Numbered from the stretch's first letter, positions 7,012-16,889 are shown. The stretch: 64,000 bases of DNA from an uncultured Candidatus Rokubacteria bacterium (GCA_963826115.1 CAWGVS010000006.1:448001-512000); one strand, 5' to 3'. Notes: a model not told the origin generated them from the letters alone. A program made the numbers and translations.

Positions 7012-8457
7012 CTAGGCAAGGTCCACCCAGACGCTCTTGACCTCGGTGTAGAGGTCGAGCCCCGCCTGGCCGAGCTCCCGCCCGAACCCGGACTCCTTGA
7101 AGCCGCCGAAGGGAAGGGCCGCGTCGAACAGGTTGTAAGCGTTGACCCAGACGGTGCCGGCGCGAAGCGCGCGAGCCACGCGGAGCGCCTTGCCCACGTC
7201 GCGAGTCCAGACGGCCGCCGCTAGCCCGTAGAACGTCTCGTTCCCCTGCGCGATGGCGTCGTCGACGTCCTTGAACGGGATGACGGACAGGACGGGCCCG
7301 AAGATCTCCTCGCGCGCGATGCGCATGGTGTTGGTGACGCCCGTGAAGACGGTGGGCTGGACGAAGAAGCCGCGGCCGTCGCCCACGCGGACGCGCTCGC
7401 CGCCGGCGGCGAGCGTCGCGCCCTCGCGCCGGCCGGCCTCGACGTAGCCGAGCACCGTGTCGAGCTGCTGGGCCGACACGACCGGCCCCATCCGCGTCGC
7501 CTTGTCGAGGGGGTCGCCGACCTTCAGGCCCTTGACACGATCGACGAGCTTCCCGACGAACTCGTCGTGGACGCGCTGCTCCACGAGAAGCCGTGACCCG
7601 GCCGCGCAGACCTCGCCCTTGTTGTAGTAGATCCCCGTCATCGCGCCGCGGAGGGCCGCCTCCATGTCCGCGTCCGCGAGGACGATGTTCGGCGACTTGC
7701 CGCCGAGCTCGAGCGACACGCGCTTCAGCGACCCCGCCGCCTCGCGCATGATGCCCTTGCCGACCTCGGTCGACCCCGTGAACGCCACCTTGTCGACGCC
7801 GGGGTGCCGGACCAGCGCCATGCCCGCCTTGCCCCCGGGTCCCGGCACCACGTTGAACACGCCCTCGGGAAGGCCCGCCTCCTGCGTGAGCTCCGCGAAG
7901 CGGAGCGCGGTCAGGGGCGTGAGGGACGCGGGCTTGAGGACGATCGTGTTCCCGGCCGCCAGCGCCGGCGCGATCTTCCAGGAGGCGAGGAGAAACGGGA
8001 AGTTCCAGGGCACGATGGCGCCGACGACGCCGAGCGGCTGGCGGAGCGTGAAGGTGAACGCGCCGTCGCGGAGGTTGAGCGTCTCGCCGTGGATCTTCGT
8101 CGTCCAGCCCGCGTAGTAACGGAAGACCTCGGCGGCGAACGGGAGCTCCACCTTGCCGGAGTCGAACAGGGTCTTTCCGGTGTTGACGCTCTCGAGCCGC
8201 GCCATCTCGTCGAGATTGGCGGTGATCAGGTCGGCGAGCTTCCACAGGGCGCGCGCGCGCTCGGACGCGGCCATCCGCGGCCAGGGGCCCTGGTCGAACG
8301 CGCGGCGGGCCGCCTGGACGGCGAGGTCCACGTCCCGCTCGTCGCCTCTCGCGACCTGGGCGCTCACCTCTTCCGTTGCCGGGTTGATGGTCGCGTACGT
8401 CTCGCCGGACGCGGGGGCCTGCCACCGGCCGCCGATGAAGACCTCGCTCGTGTGCAT
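7012..8457 (-). CDS. Aldehyde dehydrogenase (NAD(P)-dependent)
   Basis: IVPWNFP, FTGSTEVG, LELGGKSP, catalytic Cys in GEVCAAG, EEIFGP, PFGGFKESG; AGGAGG SD before ATG 8457. Confidence 0.93.
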   Translation of the reverse strand: MHTSEVFIGGRWQAPASGETYATINPATEEVSAQVARGDERDVDLAVQAARRAFDQGPWPRMAASERARALWKLADLITANLDEMARLESVNTGKTLFDSGKVELPFAAEVFRYYAGWTTKIHGETLNLRDGAFTFTLRQPLGVVGAIVPWNFPFLLASWKIAPALAAGNTIVLKPASLTPLTALRFAELTQEAGLPEGVFNVVPGPGGKAGMALVRHPGVDKVAFTGSTEVGKGIMREAAGSLKRVSLELGGKSPNIVLADADMEAALRGAMTGIYYNKGEVCAAGSRLLVEQRVHDEFVGKLVDRVKGLKVGDPLDKATRMGPVVSAQQLDTVLGYVEAGRREGATLAAGGERVRVGDGRGFFVQPTVFTGVTNTMRIAREEIFGPVLSVIPFKDVDDAIAQGNETFYGLAAAVWTRDVGKALRVARALRAGTVWVNAYNLFDAALPFGGFKESGFGRELGQAGLDLYTEVKSVWVDLA

Positions 8458-8623
8458 GACCTGCCTCCTGGTCGGATCGGGGGTCGGGGCCACGTCCGCG
8501 GCCGCCGGTCGGCGTCCTCGACGGGTCCCATCCAGTGTAGCCGGCGCCCTGCGCCCCGGGAAGCGCGGCGCGAGCGGACCGTTCGGCTTGACACCAGCGG
8601 CCGGAAGGCGCGACACATGATGC

Positions 8624-9808
8624 ATGACACGCCCCATGACCGGCCCGGGTCCTGCCCTCTCCCGACGGTGCCTGCTGTCCGGGCTGGGCGCGGCGGCGCT
8701 CGGCGGCCTCGCCGGTTGCGCGACCAACCCGGTCACGGGGCAATCCGAGCTCATGCTCATGTCCGAGGAGGAGGAGCTCCAGCTCGGCAAGCAGGCGTTC
8801 AGCGAGCTGGCCTGGCAGCAGGGTGGGCCCCTCCGGATCGATTCCCAGACCCAGGCCTACCTCGGCGGGATCGTCGCCAAGCTCCATCAGGTGTCGCACC
8901 GCTCGAGCCTGCCCGTCGACTTCACGCTCGAGAGCGCCTCGGAGCCGAACGCGTGGGCGATCCCCGGGCACACGGCGATGAACCGCGGCCTCCTCCAGTA
9001 CCTCGAGAACGAGGCCCAGTTCGCGTTCGTGATGGGGCACGAGATGGGACACGTCGCGGCGCGGCACACGGCGGCGCGGCAGAGCCGGGCGACGCTCGGC
9101 AGCGTGGGCGTCGGCGTGCTCGGGGTGGCGGGCGACGTCGTGGGGCTCGGCGGGCTGGTGTCCGGGGTGGCCGGGGCCAGCACCCAGCTCCTCCTCCTGA
9201 GCTACGACCGGGGCCAGGAGCTCCAGGCCGACCAGCTGGGCACCCTCTACATGGCGCGCGCGGGCTACGATCCGAACGAGGCAGCGCGGGCCCACGAGAC
9301 GCTGAACCGGGCCATCGACGCGCACCTGGCCAACCTCGGCCAGAAGCGGAGCGATCCCTCGACGATGTCGCAGATCCTGTCCACGCACCCGCGGCACGAG
9401 CAGCGCGTGTCCGAGATCCAGGCCTACATCAAGACGCTTCCCGCGTCCGAGGTCCGCCTCGACGGCGACGGACGCCACGCCGAGCGCTGGCTGCGCCAGA
9501 CCGAATCGGTCCGGCGCCTGGCGCCCGCCTACGCGCGATACGACAAGGCGCTGCGGGCGTTCACCCAGGCCGCTCAGGCTTCCGAGCAGAAGCAGGACGC
9601 CGTGGTCCGGCAGAAGATCTTCGAGGCCCAGCGCGAGATCGACGCCGCGATCCAGCTCGCGGACCAGGCCCAGTTCGAGACGCTGCAGGGCTACCTGCTC
9701 GCGGTCCAGGGGCGCAAGGCCGACGCGCGGAGCGCGTTCAATCGCGCCGTGTACCTCTACCCGGGATACCAGCCGGCCATCAAGGCGCTCGCGCGCATCG
9801 GCAGCTAG
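8624..9808 (+). CDS. M48 family metalloprotease (BepA/YfgC-like), Tat-type lipoprotein with C-terminal TPR-like helices
   Basis: SRRCLL twin-Arg, LAGC lipobox, CATNPVTG, PNAWAIPG, HEMGH, QELQAD, STHP; start could be 8636. Confidence 0.85.
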   Translation: MTRPMTGPGPALSRRCLLSGLGAAALGGLAGCATNPVTGQSELMLMSEEEELQLGKQAFSELAWQQGGPLRIDSQTQAYLGGIVAKLHQVSHRSSLPVDFTLESASEPNAWAIPGHTAMNRGLLQYLENEAQFAFVMGHEMGHVAARHTAARQSRATLGSVGVGVLGVAGDVVGLGGLVSGVAGASTQLLLLSYDRGQELQADQLGTLYMARAGYDPNEAARAHETLNRAIDAHLANLGQKRSDPSTMSQILSTHPRHEQRVSEIQAYIKTLPASEVRLDGDGRHAERWLRQTESVRRLAPAYARYDKALRAFTQAAQASEQKQDAVVRQKIFEAQREIDAAIQLADQAQFETLQGYLLAVQGRKADARSAFNRAVYLYPGYQPAIKALARIGS

Positions 9809-9853
9809 CCGACCGCGCTCGCCGGGCCGGCCTCGCCTCGTCCGCGCCGCGCC

Positions 9854-9892
9854 CCGTGTCTCGCCCGATACGGCGAGTCTCTGCGAAGAGAC
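9854..9892 (+). promoter_or_regulatory. Tandem palindromes, candidate bEBP binding sites
   Basis: CCGTGTC-TCGCCC-GATACGG followed by GTCTC-N6-GAGAC, about 130-170 bp upstream of a sigma54-like box. Confidence 0.45.
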
Positions 9893-10020
9893 GGGCTCGG
9901 CGGCGGCGCGCGCGGTCGTGCCGGCCCCAGGTCGGGCCCGGTGCCGCGAAGCCCGCGTGAATTCAGCGCCGCACCGAGCCGCCCGGCGCCCAGGGCCGCG
10001 GCGCCTGACTGCCGAGCGGC

Positions 10021-10036
10021 TGGCATCGGGCTCGCA
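10021..10036 (+). promoter_or_regulatory. sigma54 (-24/-12) promoter candidate
   Basis: TGGCATCGGGCTCGCA with GG-N10-GC spacing. Confidence 0.5.
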
Positions 10037-10091
10037 CTGCGAGAGGGCAGCGGTGAACCCTCACAGATGCCCCCATAGCTGGAGGTGCCCG

Positions 10092-10502
10092 ATGCGCTTC
10101 GTACAGGGTCGTCTCGTTCCGGTCTTCGTCGGCGTGGCGCTGGCCGCGCCGGTCGCGTTCGCCCAGGCGCCCGCGCCGCCCGCGCCCAAGGGCGCGCCCA
10201 CGGCGCAGGCGCCCGCGCGGCTGCCGCTCAGCATCGCGCGCGGGACCGTGAAGTCCGTCGCCGACACCCGCCTCGTCCTCGACCTCGGCCAGACCGCCAC
10301 CGCGCCGGGCGCCGGCCCGACCGCGTTCGTGCTGGACGGGGAGACGCAGATCCAGCGGCTCGGACGCGCGCTCGCGCCGAAGGACCTGCGGGTCGGGGAC
10401 GCGGTCACGGTCGGGTATCAGATGCGCGGGGACAAGGCGGTCGCGAGCCGCGTGTGGCTCCGCTTCGGCGGCGCCACCGCCGGCGCGTCGCCGACGCGGT
10501 AG
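10092..10502 (+). CDS. Secreted OB-fold-like protein (DUF5666-like)
   Basis: GGAGGT SD; signal peptide ending AFA; GTVKSV..FVLDGETQI..DLRVGDAVTVGY..AVASRV pattern. Confidence 0.7.
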   Translation: MRFVQGRLVPVFVGVALAAPVAFAQAPAPPAPKGAPTAQAPARLPLSIARGTVKSVADTRLVLDLGQTATAPGAGPTAFVLDGETQIQRLGRALAPKDLRVGDAVTVGYQMRGDKAVASRVWLRFGGATAGASPTR

Positions 10503-10545
10503 GCGTGGGTCCGGCCGGGGTCGCGGGCGCGGCGCCGGCTCCGCC

Positions 10546-10572
10546 CGCGGCTCCGGCCGCGTTGGAGCCGCG
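10546..10572. terminator. Hairpin between convergent genes
   Basis: CGCGGCTCCGGC-CGC-GTTGGAGCCGCG 12-bp stem with two G-U pairs. Confidence 0.45.
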
Positions 10573-10588
10573 TCAGCGCGGGGGGCGC

Positions 10589-11488
10589 TCAGTCGCGGAC
10601 GGGCGCGGGCGGCGTCTCCCGGTAGTCGTAGAAGCCCTTGCCGGTCTTCCGGCCGAGGTCGCCGCGCTTCACCCGCTTCTCGAGCTCGGCCGGGGGCCGG
10701 TCCTTGGGATCCTTCGTCGTCGCGAAGGTCTCGAGGCGGGCGTTGTAGCCGATGTCGAGCCCGGAGAGATCGCCGAGCCGGAAGGGCCCCATGGGGAAGT
10801 TCAGGCCCAGCTCGACGGCCTTGTCGATCTCCCAGAACGGCGCCACGCCCTGCTCGAGAAGGTAGTACGCCTCGTTGCCGAGCGCGCGGAGGATCCGGTT
10901 GACGAGGAACCCCGGCAGCTCCTTCCGGAGCACGACGGGCTCGCGGCCGATGCGGCGCACGAGCTCCGCGGTGGTGTCGAGCGTGGCCTCCGACGTCCAC
11001 TGGCCCTTCACCACCTCGACCAGCCGCATGACCAGCGGCGGGAAGAAGAAGTGCATGTTCACGCACTGCGCGGGTCGCGTCGTGGACGGCGCCAGGAGGG
11101 AGTTCCCGAGGGTGGAGGAGTTCGTCGCCAGGATCGCGTGACGCGGCGCCGCGCGGTCGAGGCGCGCGAAGCACTCCTTCTTCGGCTCGAGCCGCTCCAC
11201 GATCGCCTCGACGACGACGTCCGCGTCGGCGGCCGCTCGGTCGAGGTCCGGCTCGAGGCGCACGCGCCCGACGGCCCGGTCCATCTCGGCCTGGCTCATC
11301 TGTCCCTTGGCCACGCGCCGGTCCAGATGGCCGCGGTTCCCCGCCATGGCCTTGTCGAGGATCGCGGCGGATAGGTCGTTCAGGGTGACCGCGTAGCCGT
11401 GGAGGGCCGCCTGCATCGCGATCTGGGCCCCCATCTGGCCGGCGCCGACCACCAGGATGCGCTTCACGTCGTCGATTGCCACCGTCAT
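10589..11488 (-). CDS. 3-hydroxyacyl-CoA dehydrogenase family protein
   Basis: GAGQMG, EAIVE, ATNSST, MHFF.P, PGFLVNRI, PMGPF, LGRKTGKGFY. Confidence 0.92.
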   Translation of the reverse strand: MTVAIDDVKRILVVGAGQMGAQIAMQAALHGYAVTLNDLSAAILDKAMAGNRGHLDRRVAKGQMSQAEMDRAVGRVRLEPDLDRAAADADVVVEAIVERLEPKKECFARLDRAAPRHAILATNSSTLGNSLLAPSTTRPAQCVNMHFFFPPLVMRLVEVVKGQWTSEATLDTTAELVRRIGREPVVLRKELPGFLVNRILRALGNEAYYLLEQGVAPFWEIDKAVELGLNFPMGPFRLGDLSGLDIGYNARLETFATTKDPKDRPPAELEKRVKRGDLGRKTGKGFYDYRETPPAPVRD

Positions 11489-11521
11489 GCCTCTCTCCTC
11501 ACGCCGGGCGTGCCCGACGGC

Positions 11522-13165
11522 TCAGATCGCGAGCGCGTAGCCGTCGCGCCGCGGGTCGGCCCCGCCCTGGAGCGCACCCGACTCCGGGTCGCGCCGGATG
11601 CCCTGGCCGCCGCCGACGATCCACGACCAGTCGTCGATCACGTTGACCTGGTGGCCCCGGGCGGCGAGACCCTCCCGGACGCTCGCCGGGACGCGGCCCT
11701 CGACGTCGACCAGGCGGTCGCGGTACGCGCGCACGCGGGGGGCCTCGATCGCCTCCTGCACCGTCATGCCGAACTCGACGACGTTCAGCAGCATCTGCGG
11801 CGTGGTCTGGAGGATGCCGTACGAGCCCGGGGTGCCGATCGACAGGACGAACGTCCCGTCCCGGAACACCTGGGTCGGCGCCATGCGCGTCTGCATCGCC
11901 GCGCCGGCGCGGAGCGCGGCCGGGCTGCCGGGGTCGAGGTCCGCCCACATCAGGAGGTTGTTGAGCAGCATCCCGGTGCCGGGGACCATCACGCCGGAGC
12001 CGAACGGACTCCCGAGCGTCTGGGTGACGGTCACGACCGTGCCCTCGCCGTCGGCGACCGCGAAGTGCGTCGTGTGCTCCCGGGCGAAATCCGCCGGATG
12101 CCCGGGCAGGAGCTCGCCGGCGAGGCGCTCCGCGCTCCACCGCTCGCCGCCGGACACGCCCGCGTGCCGCGGGTCCATGAGGGCTCGCCGGTGCGCCGCG
12201 TAGCCGTCGGAGACGAGCCCGGCGATCGGCGCGTCGGGGCGCATCACGTCGAGGCCCACGCGGTCCGCGGAGGCGACCTTCGCCGCCTCGAGGAAGTGGT
12301 GGAGGTACTCGACCGAGTTGTGGCCCATGCTCCGGAGATTGAATCCCTCCAGGAGCTTCAGCGTCTGCACCGACTGGAGGGCGTTGGTGGGCGGGGGCGG
12401 CACGCACACGTCGTGGCCGCGGAAGGGAACGGCGAGCGGCGTGCCCCACGTCGGCTGGTAGCCGGCGAGGTCCGCCTCGGTGATCCAGCCCTTCTGCGCC
12501 TCCATCGCCCGGGCGATGGCCTTCGCGATCGGCCCGCGGTAGAACGCGTCCACGCCGCCCTCGGCGATCTGCCGGAGCGTGGCGCCGAGGTCCTTCTGGA
12601 CGAGCAGCGAGCCCGCGCGGGGCACCTCGCCGCCGACCAGGAACGTCCGCTCCGCCTCCGGCGAGTGCGCGAGCTGGGGCCGCGCCTTCCCGATGAACTC
12701 CACGTTCTTCACGCTGAGCGGGAAGCCCTCCTCCGCGAGCCGGATCGCGGGGGCCATGGCGGCCGCGCGGGGCACGCGACCGTGGCGCTCGTGGAGCCCG
12801 AGGGTGGCCGCGACCGTGCCGGGCACGCCGATCGAGCGGGGCCCCGCCTTCAGGTCCTCCGTGGTCACGCGTGACGGGTCCGCGGCGGCCGGCATCCGGC
12901 CCGCCGAGACGACCGCCTCGCGCCGTCCTCGGTGGAACACGAGGAGCGTCGCCACGCCGCCCGGCCCCGACATGTACGGCTCGACCACGTGGAGGGCGAA
13001 CGACGTGGCCAGCGCGGCGTCGATCGCCGAGCCGCCCTGGAGCAGGACCTCGATCCCCGCCATGGCGGCAAGGGGATGGGCGGCCGCCACCACGCCGCGG
13101 CGCCCCATGACGGTGGGCCGGAACGCCCGCCCGTGCGGTCCCGTCGATCCCTCAGCGTTCGCCAT
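11522..13165 (-). CDS. ggt: gamma-glutamyltransferase family Ntn hydrolase
   Basis: AAAHPLAA..GGSAIDAA, HTTHFAVAD (nucleophile Thr), FGSG..GMLLNN, GADPRRDG. Confidence 0.9.
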   Translation of the reverse strand: MANAEGSTGPHGRAFRPTVMGRRGVVAAAHPLAAMAGIEVLLQGGSAIDAALATSFALHVVEPYMSGPGGVATLLVFHRGRREAVVSAGRMPAAADPSRVTTEDLKAGPRSIGVPGTVAATLGLHERHGRVPRAAAMAPAIRLAEEGFPLSVKNVEFIGKARPQLAHSPEAERTFLVGGEVPRAGSLLVQKDLGATLRQIAEGGVDAFYRGPIAKAIARAMEAQKGWITEADLAGYQPTWGTPLAVPFRGHDVCVPPPPTNALQSVQTLKLLEGFNLRSMGHNSVEYLHHFLEAAKVASADRVGLDVMRPDAPIAGLVSDGYAAHRRALMDPRHAGVSGGERWSAERLAGELLPGHPADFAREHTTHFAVADGEGTVVTVTQTLGSPFGSGVMVPGTGMLLNNLLMWADLDPGSPAALRAGAAMQTRMAPTQVFRDGTFVLSIGTPGSYGILQTTPQMLLNVVEFGMTVQEAIEAPRVRAYRDRLVDVEGRVPASVREGLAARGHQVNVIDDWSWIVGGGQGIRRDPESGALQGGADPRRDGYALAI

Positions 13166-13180
13166 CTTCCGCTCCTTGCA

Positions 13181-13223
13181 GGGTCAGGTCCTGATCGTGA
13201 TTTCCAAAGTCAGGGCCTGACCC
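13181..13223. repeat. REP-like inverted repeat GGGTCAGG(T/C)CCTGA
   Basis: 14-bp arms with one mismatch around a 15-nt AT-rich spacer, intergenic. Confidence 0.6.
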
Positions 13224-13241
13224 CGGATTCTGACGTTCCCA

Positions 13242-14969
13242 TCAGTGGCTGGTGGGCTCGTAGGGGGTCCAGTCCTGGCCGGGGCCGCCGCGCAGGAAGT
13301 CGAAGTCGGCGCCCTCGGGAGCCTGGAGCACGTGGTCGAGGTAGAGCTTCCCGTAGCCGCGCGTGAAGGCGGGCGGCGGCGGCGTCCACGCGGCGCGCCG
13401 GCGCGCGAGCTCCTCGTCCGGGACGTGGAGCACGAGGCGCCGGGCCGGCACGTCGAGCTCGATCTCGTCGCCGTCCCGCACCAGCGCGAGCGGGCCGCCG
13501 ACCGCGGACTCGGGCGCGACGTGGAGGACGCAGGTGCCGTAGGACGTCCCGCTCATCCGGGCGTCGGACACCCGCACCATGTCCTTCACGCCCTGCCGGA
13601 GGAGCTTCTCGGGGATGGGGAGCTGCCCCCACTCCGGCATCCCGGGGCCGCCGCGCGGGCCGCCGAGCTTCTGCACGAGGACGCGCGTCTCGTCGACGTC
13701 GAGCGCCGGGTCGTTCACCCGCGCCATGAGGTCGTGCTTGGACTCGAAGACGACCGCGCGACCCCGGTGGCGGAGGAGGTGGGGCGACGCCGCGGTCTGC
13801 TTCAGCACCGCCCCGTCCGGGCAGAGGTTCCCCCGGAGGATCACGGTGCCGCCCTCCTTCCCGAGCGGCCGGTCGAGCGGCACGATCACGTCCGGGTTCC
13901 GCACGCGGGCACCCTGCACGTTCTCCCCGATGGGGCGGCCGGTCACGGTCGGCGCGGCGCGGTGAAGGAGCGGCAGGAGCTCGTGGAGCACCGCCGGCAG
14001 GCCGCCCGCGTAGAAGAAGTCCTCCATCAGGTACTTTCCCGAGGGGCGGACGTTCGCGATGAACGGGGTCTCCCGCGAGAGCCGGTCGAACAGCGACAGC
14101 GGCAGCGGCACCCTCACGCGACCCGCGATGGCCGGCAGGTGGACGATCGCGTTCGTGCTGCCCCCGATGGCCATGTCCACGCGGATCGCGTTCTCGAACG
14201 CCTCGCGCGTGAGGATCCGGCTCGGGCGGAGGTCCTCGCCCACCATCTCGACGATCCGCTTCCCGCTCGCCTCCGCGAGGGCCAGGCGCCGCGAGTCGGG
14301 CGCGGGGATCGCCGCGTTGCCGGGCAAGGTCATGCCGAGCGACTCGGCCATCGACGCCATCGTCGAGGCCGTCCCCATCACCATGCAGTGGCCGGAGGAG
14401 CGCGAGAAGCAGCTCTCGAGCTCGCACCAGGACTCCTCGTCGAGGCGGCCGGCGCGGAACTCGTCCCAGTAGCGCCAGAGGTCGGTGCCCGAGCCCACCT
14501 CCTCGGTCCCGAACATCCCCCGGAGCATCGGGCCGCCGGTGACCATGATCGCCGGGAGGTCGGCGCTCGCCGCGCCCATCAGCATCGCGGGCGTCGTCTT
14601 GTCGCATCCGGAGAGGAGGACGACGCCGTCGAAGGGGAGGCTCCGGATGCACTCCTCCACGTCCATCGACATCAGGTTCCGGAAGAGCATCGTCGTCGGC
14701 TTCATCAGGGGCTCGGAGAGCGAGATCACCGGGAACTCGAGCGGGAACCCCCCGGCCCGCCAGACCCCGCGCTTGACGTGCTCGGCGACGGTCCGGAGGT
14801 GGGCGTTGCAGTTCGTCGCCTCGCTCCAGGAGTTCGCGATCCCGATGACGGGGCGTCCCTGGAACGCGTCGTCGGCGAAGCCCTCGGCCTTCATCCACGC
14901 GCGGTGGAGGAAGCCGTTCAGATCCCTTCCGCCGAACCAGCGCTGGCTGCGGAGGCCGGGCGCCGTCAC
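13242..14969 (-). CDS. IlvD/Edd family dehydratase (sugar-acid dehydratase type)
   Basis: PVIGIANSWSE..CN.HL, GCDKTTP, GHCMVMGTASTM, GGSTNA, GPRGGPGMPE, SDARMSGT, HVAPE; GTG 14969 overlaps the upstream TGA. Confidence 0.92.
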   Translation of the reverse strand: MTAPGLRSQRWFGGRDLNGFLHRAWMKAEGFADDAFQGRPVIGIANSWSEATNCNAHLRTVAEHVKRGVWRAGGFPLEFPVISLSEPLMKPTTMLFRNLMSMDVEECIRSLPFDGVVLLSGCDKTTPAMLMGAASADLPAIMVTGGPMLRGMFGTEEVGSGTDLWRYWDEFRAGRLDEESWCELESCFSRSSGHCMVMGTASTMASMAESLGMTLPGNAAIPAPDSRRLALAEASGKRIVEMVGEDLRPSRILTREAFENAIRVDMAIGGSTNAIVHLPAIAGRVRVPLPLSLFDRLSRETPFIANVRPSGKYLMEDFFYAGGLPAVLHELLPLLHRAAPTVTGRPIGENVQGARVRNPDVIVPLDRPLGKEGGTVILRGNLCPDGAVLKQTAASPHLLRHRGRAVVFESKHDLMARVNDPALDVDETRVLVQKLGGPRGGPGMPEWGQLPIPEKLLRQGVKDMVRVSDARMSGTSYGTCVLHVAPESAVGGPLALVRDGDEIELDVPARRLVLHVPDEELARRRAAWTPPPPAFTRGYGKLYLDHVLQAPEGADFDFLRGGPGQDWTPYEPTSH

Positions 14970-16306
14970 GCCAGGACCTCGCGGCAGAGCGCCTCCCACA
15001 TCGCCGCCGAGAGCCGGAGACTCTCCACGTCGACCCGCTCGTCGTTGCCGTGGAACATGAGCGGATACTCCGCGTGCGGGATGCGGGGGGAGTGGAGGCC
15101 GAACCCGTAGGCGGGGATGCCGACCCGGCGGAAGAACCGGGCATCGGTCGCGCCCACCGTCAGCCGGGGCACGATGTGGCTCCCCGGCACGAGCGCCTGG
15201 GTCACGCGCCGCATCGCGTCGACCAGCGGGGTGTCGGGTGAGGTGAGCGAGCCCTCCTCGCGCCCGAGCGATTCGATGGTCACGCGGCCGCGGAGGTCGC
15301 CGAGCGCCGCGTCGAGCATCGCGTCCACCTCGTCCGGAGTCACGCCGGGCAGCGCCCGGATGTCGACGTCGATCTCCACCCGGTCGGGCACCGTGTTCAC
15401 CTTGCTGCCGCCGCGGACCAGGTTCGGCGAGAACGTGGTGTGCGTCGACGCGTGGGCCATCTGGGCGAGGCCGAGGCTCTCCATGCGCCGGGCGGCATCG
15501 AGCACGCGCTCGGGGTCGGTCAGGGCGGCGGCCAGCTCGCGGTCGGGCTGGACGGCCTCGACGTACTGCCGCCAGACGTCGAGGATGCGGGCCTTGGGCT
15601 GGTAGGCGGCGATCCGACGCACGACCTCCGCCGCGGTCACGAGCGCGTTGTCGGAGCGGAAGGGCCGCGAGCCGTGCCCCGGCGTGCCGCGCACCGCGAT
15701 CCGGCGCCAGTTCACGCCCTTCTCGCCCACGGTGAGCGGGAGGCCGGTCCCGGTCGGCGTCGGCACCGGCACGCCGCCGCTCTCGGTGATCACGTAGTCG
15801 GCCCGGACCGCGTCGAGCGCCTGCGCCGTGAGGTACTGGGCGCCGTAGTCCCCGCCCGCCTCCTCGTCGGCCACGGCCAGGTAGATCAGCGTCCCGCGCG
15901 GCCGGAACCCGGCGACCGCCAGGCGCCGCGTGGCCACGGCCATGGTGGCCGTGAGGTTCAGCATGTCGGTCGCGCCCCGGCCCCACACGATGCCGTCCAC
16001 GAGGTCGCCGCCGAACGGGTCCCGACGCCAGCCGGCCGGGTTGGCCGGGACGACGTCGGTGTGGCCCATCAGGAGCAGCGTCGGGGCCCGCCGGTCGGTG
16101 CCCTCGATCCGGGCGACGAGGCTGGCCCGCCCGGGCGCCGCCTCGTAGCGCTGGCAGGTGAGCCCCGAGCCCGCGAAGTAGTCCTCGAGCGCGGCGACGT
16201 TGCGGATCTCCTGCCCGGAGCCCACCGTGTCGTCGTTGACGCAGGCGTTCCGGATCATCGTCCGGAGGAGCTCGGTGGGTTCGGCGGTCAGCTGGTCGAG
16301 CGACAT
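14966..16306 (-). CDS. M20/M25/M40 metallohydrolase
   Basis: GHTDVVP, WGRGATDM, ADEEAG, GHGS, GATDAR, FHGNDER; GAGGAG SD before ATG 16306. Confidence 0.9.
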   Translation of the reverse strand: MSLDQLTAEPTELLRTMIRNACVNDDTVGSGQEIRNVAALEDYFAGSGLTCQRYEAAPGRASLVARIEGTDRRAPTLLLMGHTDVVPANPAGWRRDPFGGDLVDGIVWGRGATDMLNLTATMAVATRRLAVAGFRPRGTLIYLAVADEEAGGDYGAQYLTAQALDAVRADYVITESGGVPVPTPTGTGLPLTVGEKGVNWRRIAVRGTPGHGSRPFRSDNALVTAAEVVRRIAAYQPKARILDVWRQYVEAVQPDRELAAALTDPERVLDAARRMESLGLAQMAHASTHTTFSPNLVRGGSKVNTVPDRVEIDVDIRALPGVTPDEVDAMLDAALGDLRGRVTIESLGREEGSLTSPDTPLVDAMRRVTQALVPGSHIVPRLTVGATDARFFRRVGIPAYGFGLHSPRIPHAEYPLMFHGNDERVDVESLRLSAAMWEALCREVLA

Positions 16307-16418
16307 GGCGTCTCCTCGAGGACGTCCGGTGAGGTGGCTCTCGCTGGTCGTCATGGTAGGGGGCGCGTCCGGCGCGGTCAACGCCCGGCGCGGCGGACGC
16401 GGAGCGGGGGCCCGCGAG

Positions 16419-16448
16419 TTGCCGCGACGCGTCGCGGGGCGGTAGACT
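16419..16448 (+). promoter_or_regulatory. sigma70 promoter, probably leaderless
   Basis: TTGCCG-N18-TAGACT-N6-GTG(16455). Confidence 0.6.
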
Positions 16449-16454
16449 GGCCGG

Positions 16455-16889
16455 GTGGCGGCGGAGCTCCGGATCGTGGCCGGCTCGGTCTCGGCGCGGG
16501 CGACCCTGAACGGCTCGCGGACCGCGCGGGCGGTCCTGGACGCGCTGCCGATCGAGGCGGCGGCCCAGACCTGGGGGGACGAGATCTACTTCGCGATCCC
16601 CGTGTCGCTGCCGGAAGACGACGCGCAGGACGTCGTCGAGCGCGGAGATCTGGGATACTGGCCGCCCGGCCGAGCCTTCTGTATCTTCTTCGGGCCGACG
16701 CCCGCGAGCCGGGGCGACGAGTGCCGCCCCGCGAGCCCGGTGAACGTGCTCGGACGCGTGGAGGGTGACGCGACGGCGTTCCGCGCCGTGCGGGCCGGGA
16801 CCCGGGTGCGCCTCGAGCGGATGGACGCGGCGACCCCCGTCGCCGGCAGCACGACACAGAGCGGATCGGCCCGACCGTCGAGCCGCTGA
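16455..16889 (+). CDS. Cyclophilin-like fold protein (DUF369 type)
   Basis: LPI..AQTWGDEIYF..GDLGYWPPG.AFCIFFGPTP..RPASPVN. Confidence 0.85.
   Translation: MAAELRIVAGSVSARATLNGSRTARAVLDALPIEAAAQTWGDEIYFAIPVSLPEDDAQDVVERGDLGYWPPGRAFCIFFGPTPASRGDECRPASPVNVLGRVEGDATAFRAVRAGTRVRLERMDAATPVAGSTTQSGSARPSSR

Noticed and set aside
13242-15986. 914-aa version of the dehydratase
   Set aside because: The N-terminal extension is an off-frame overlap with the M20 peptidase; the real start is GTG 14969.
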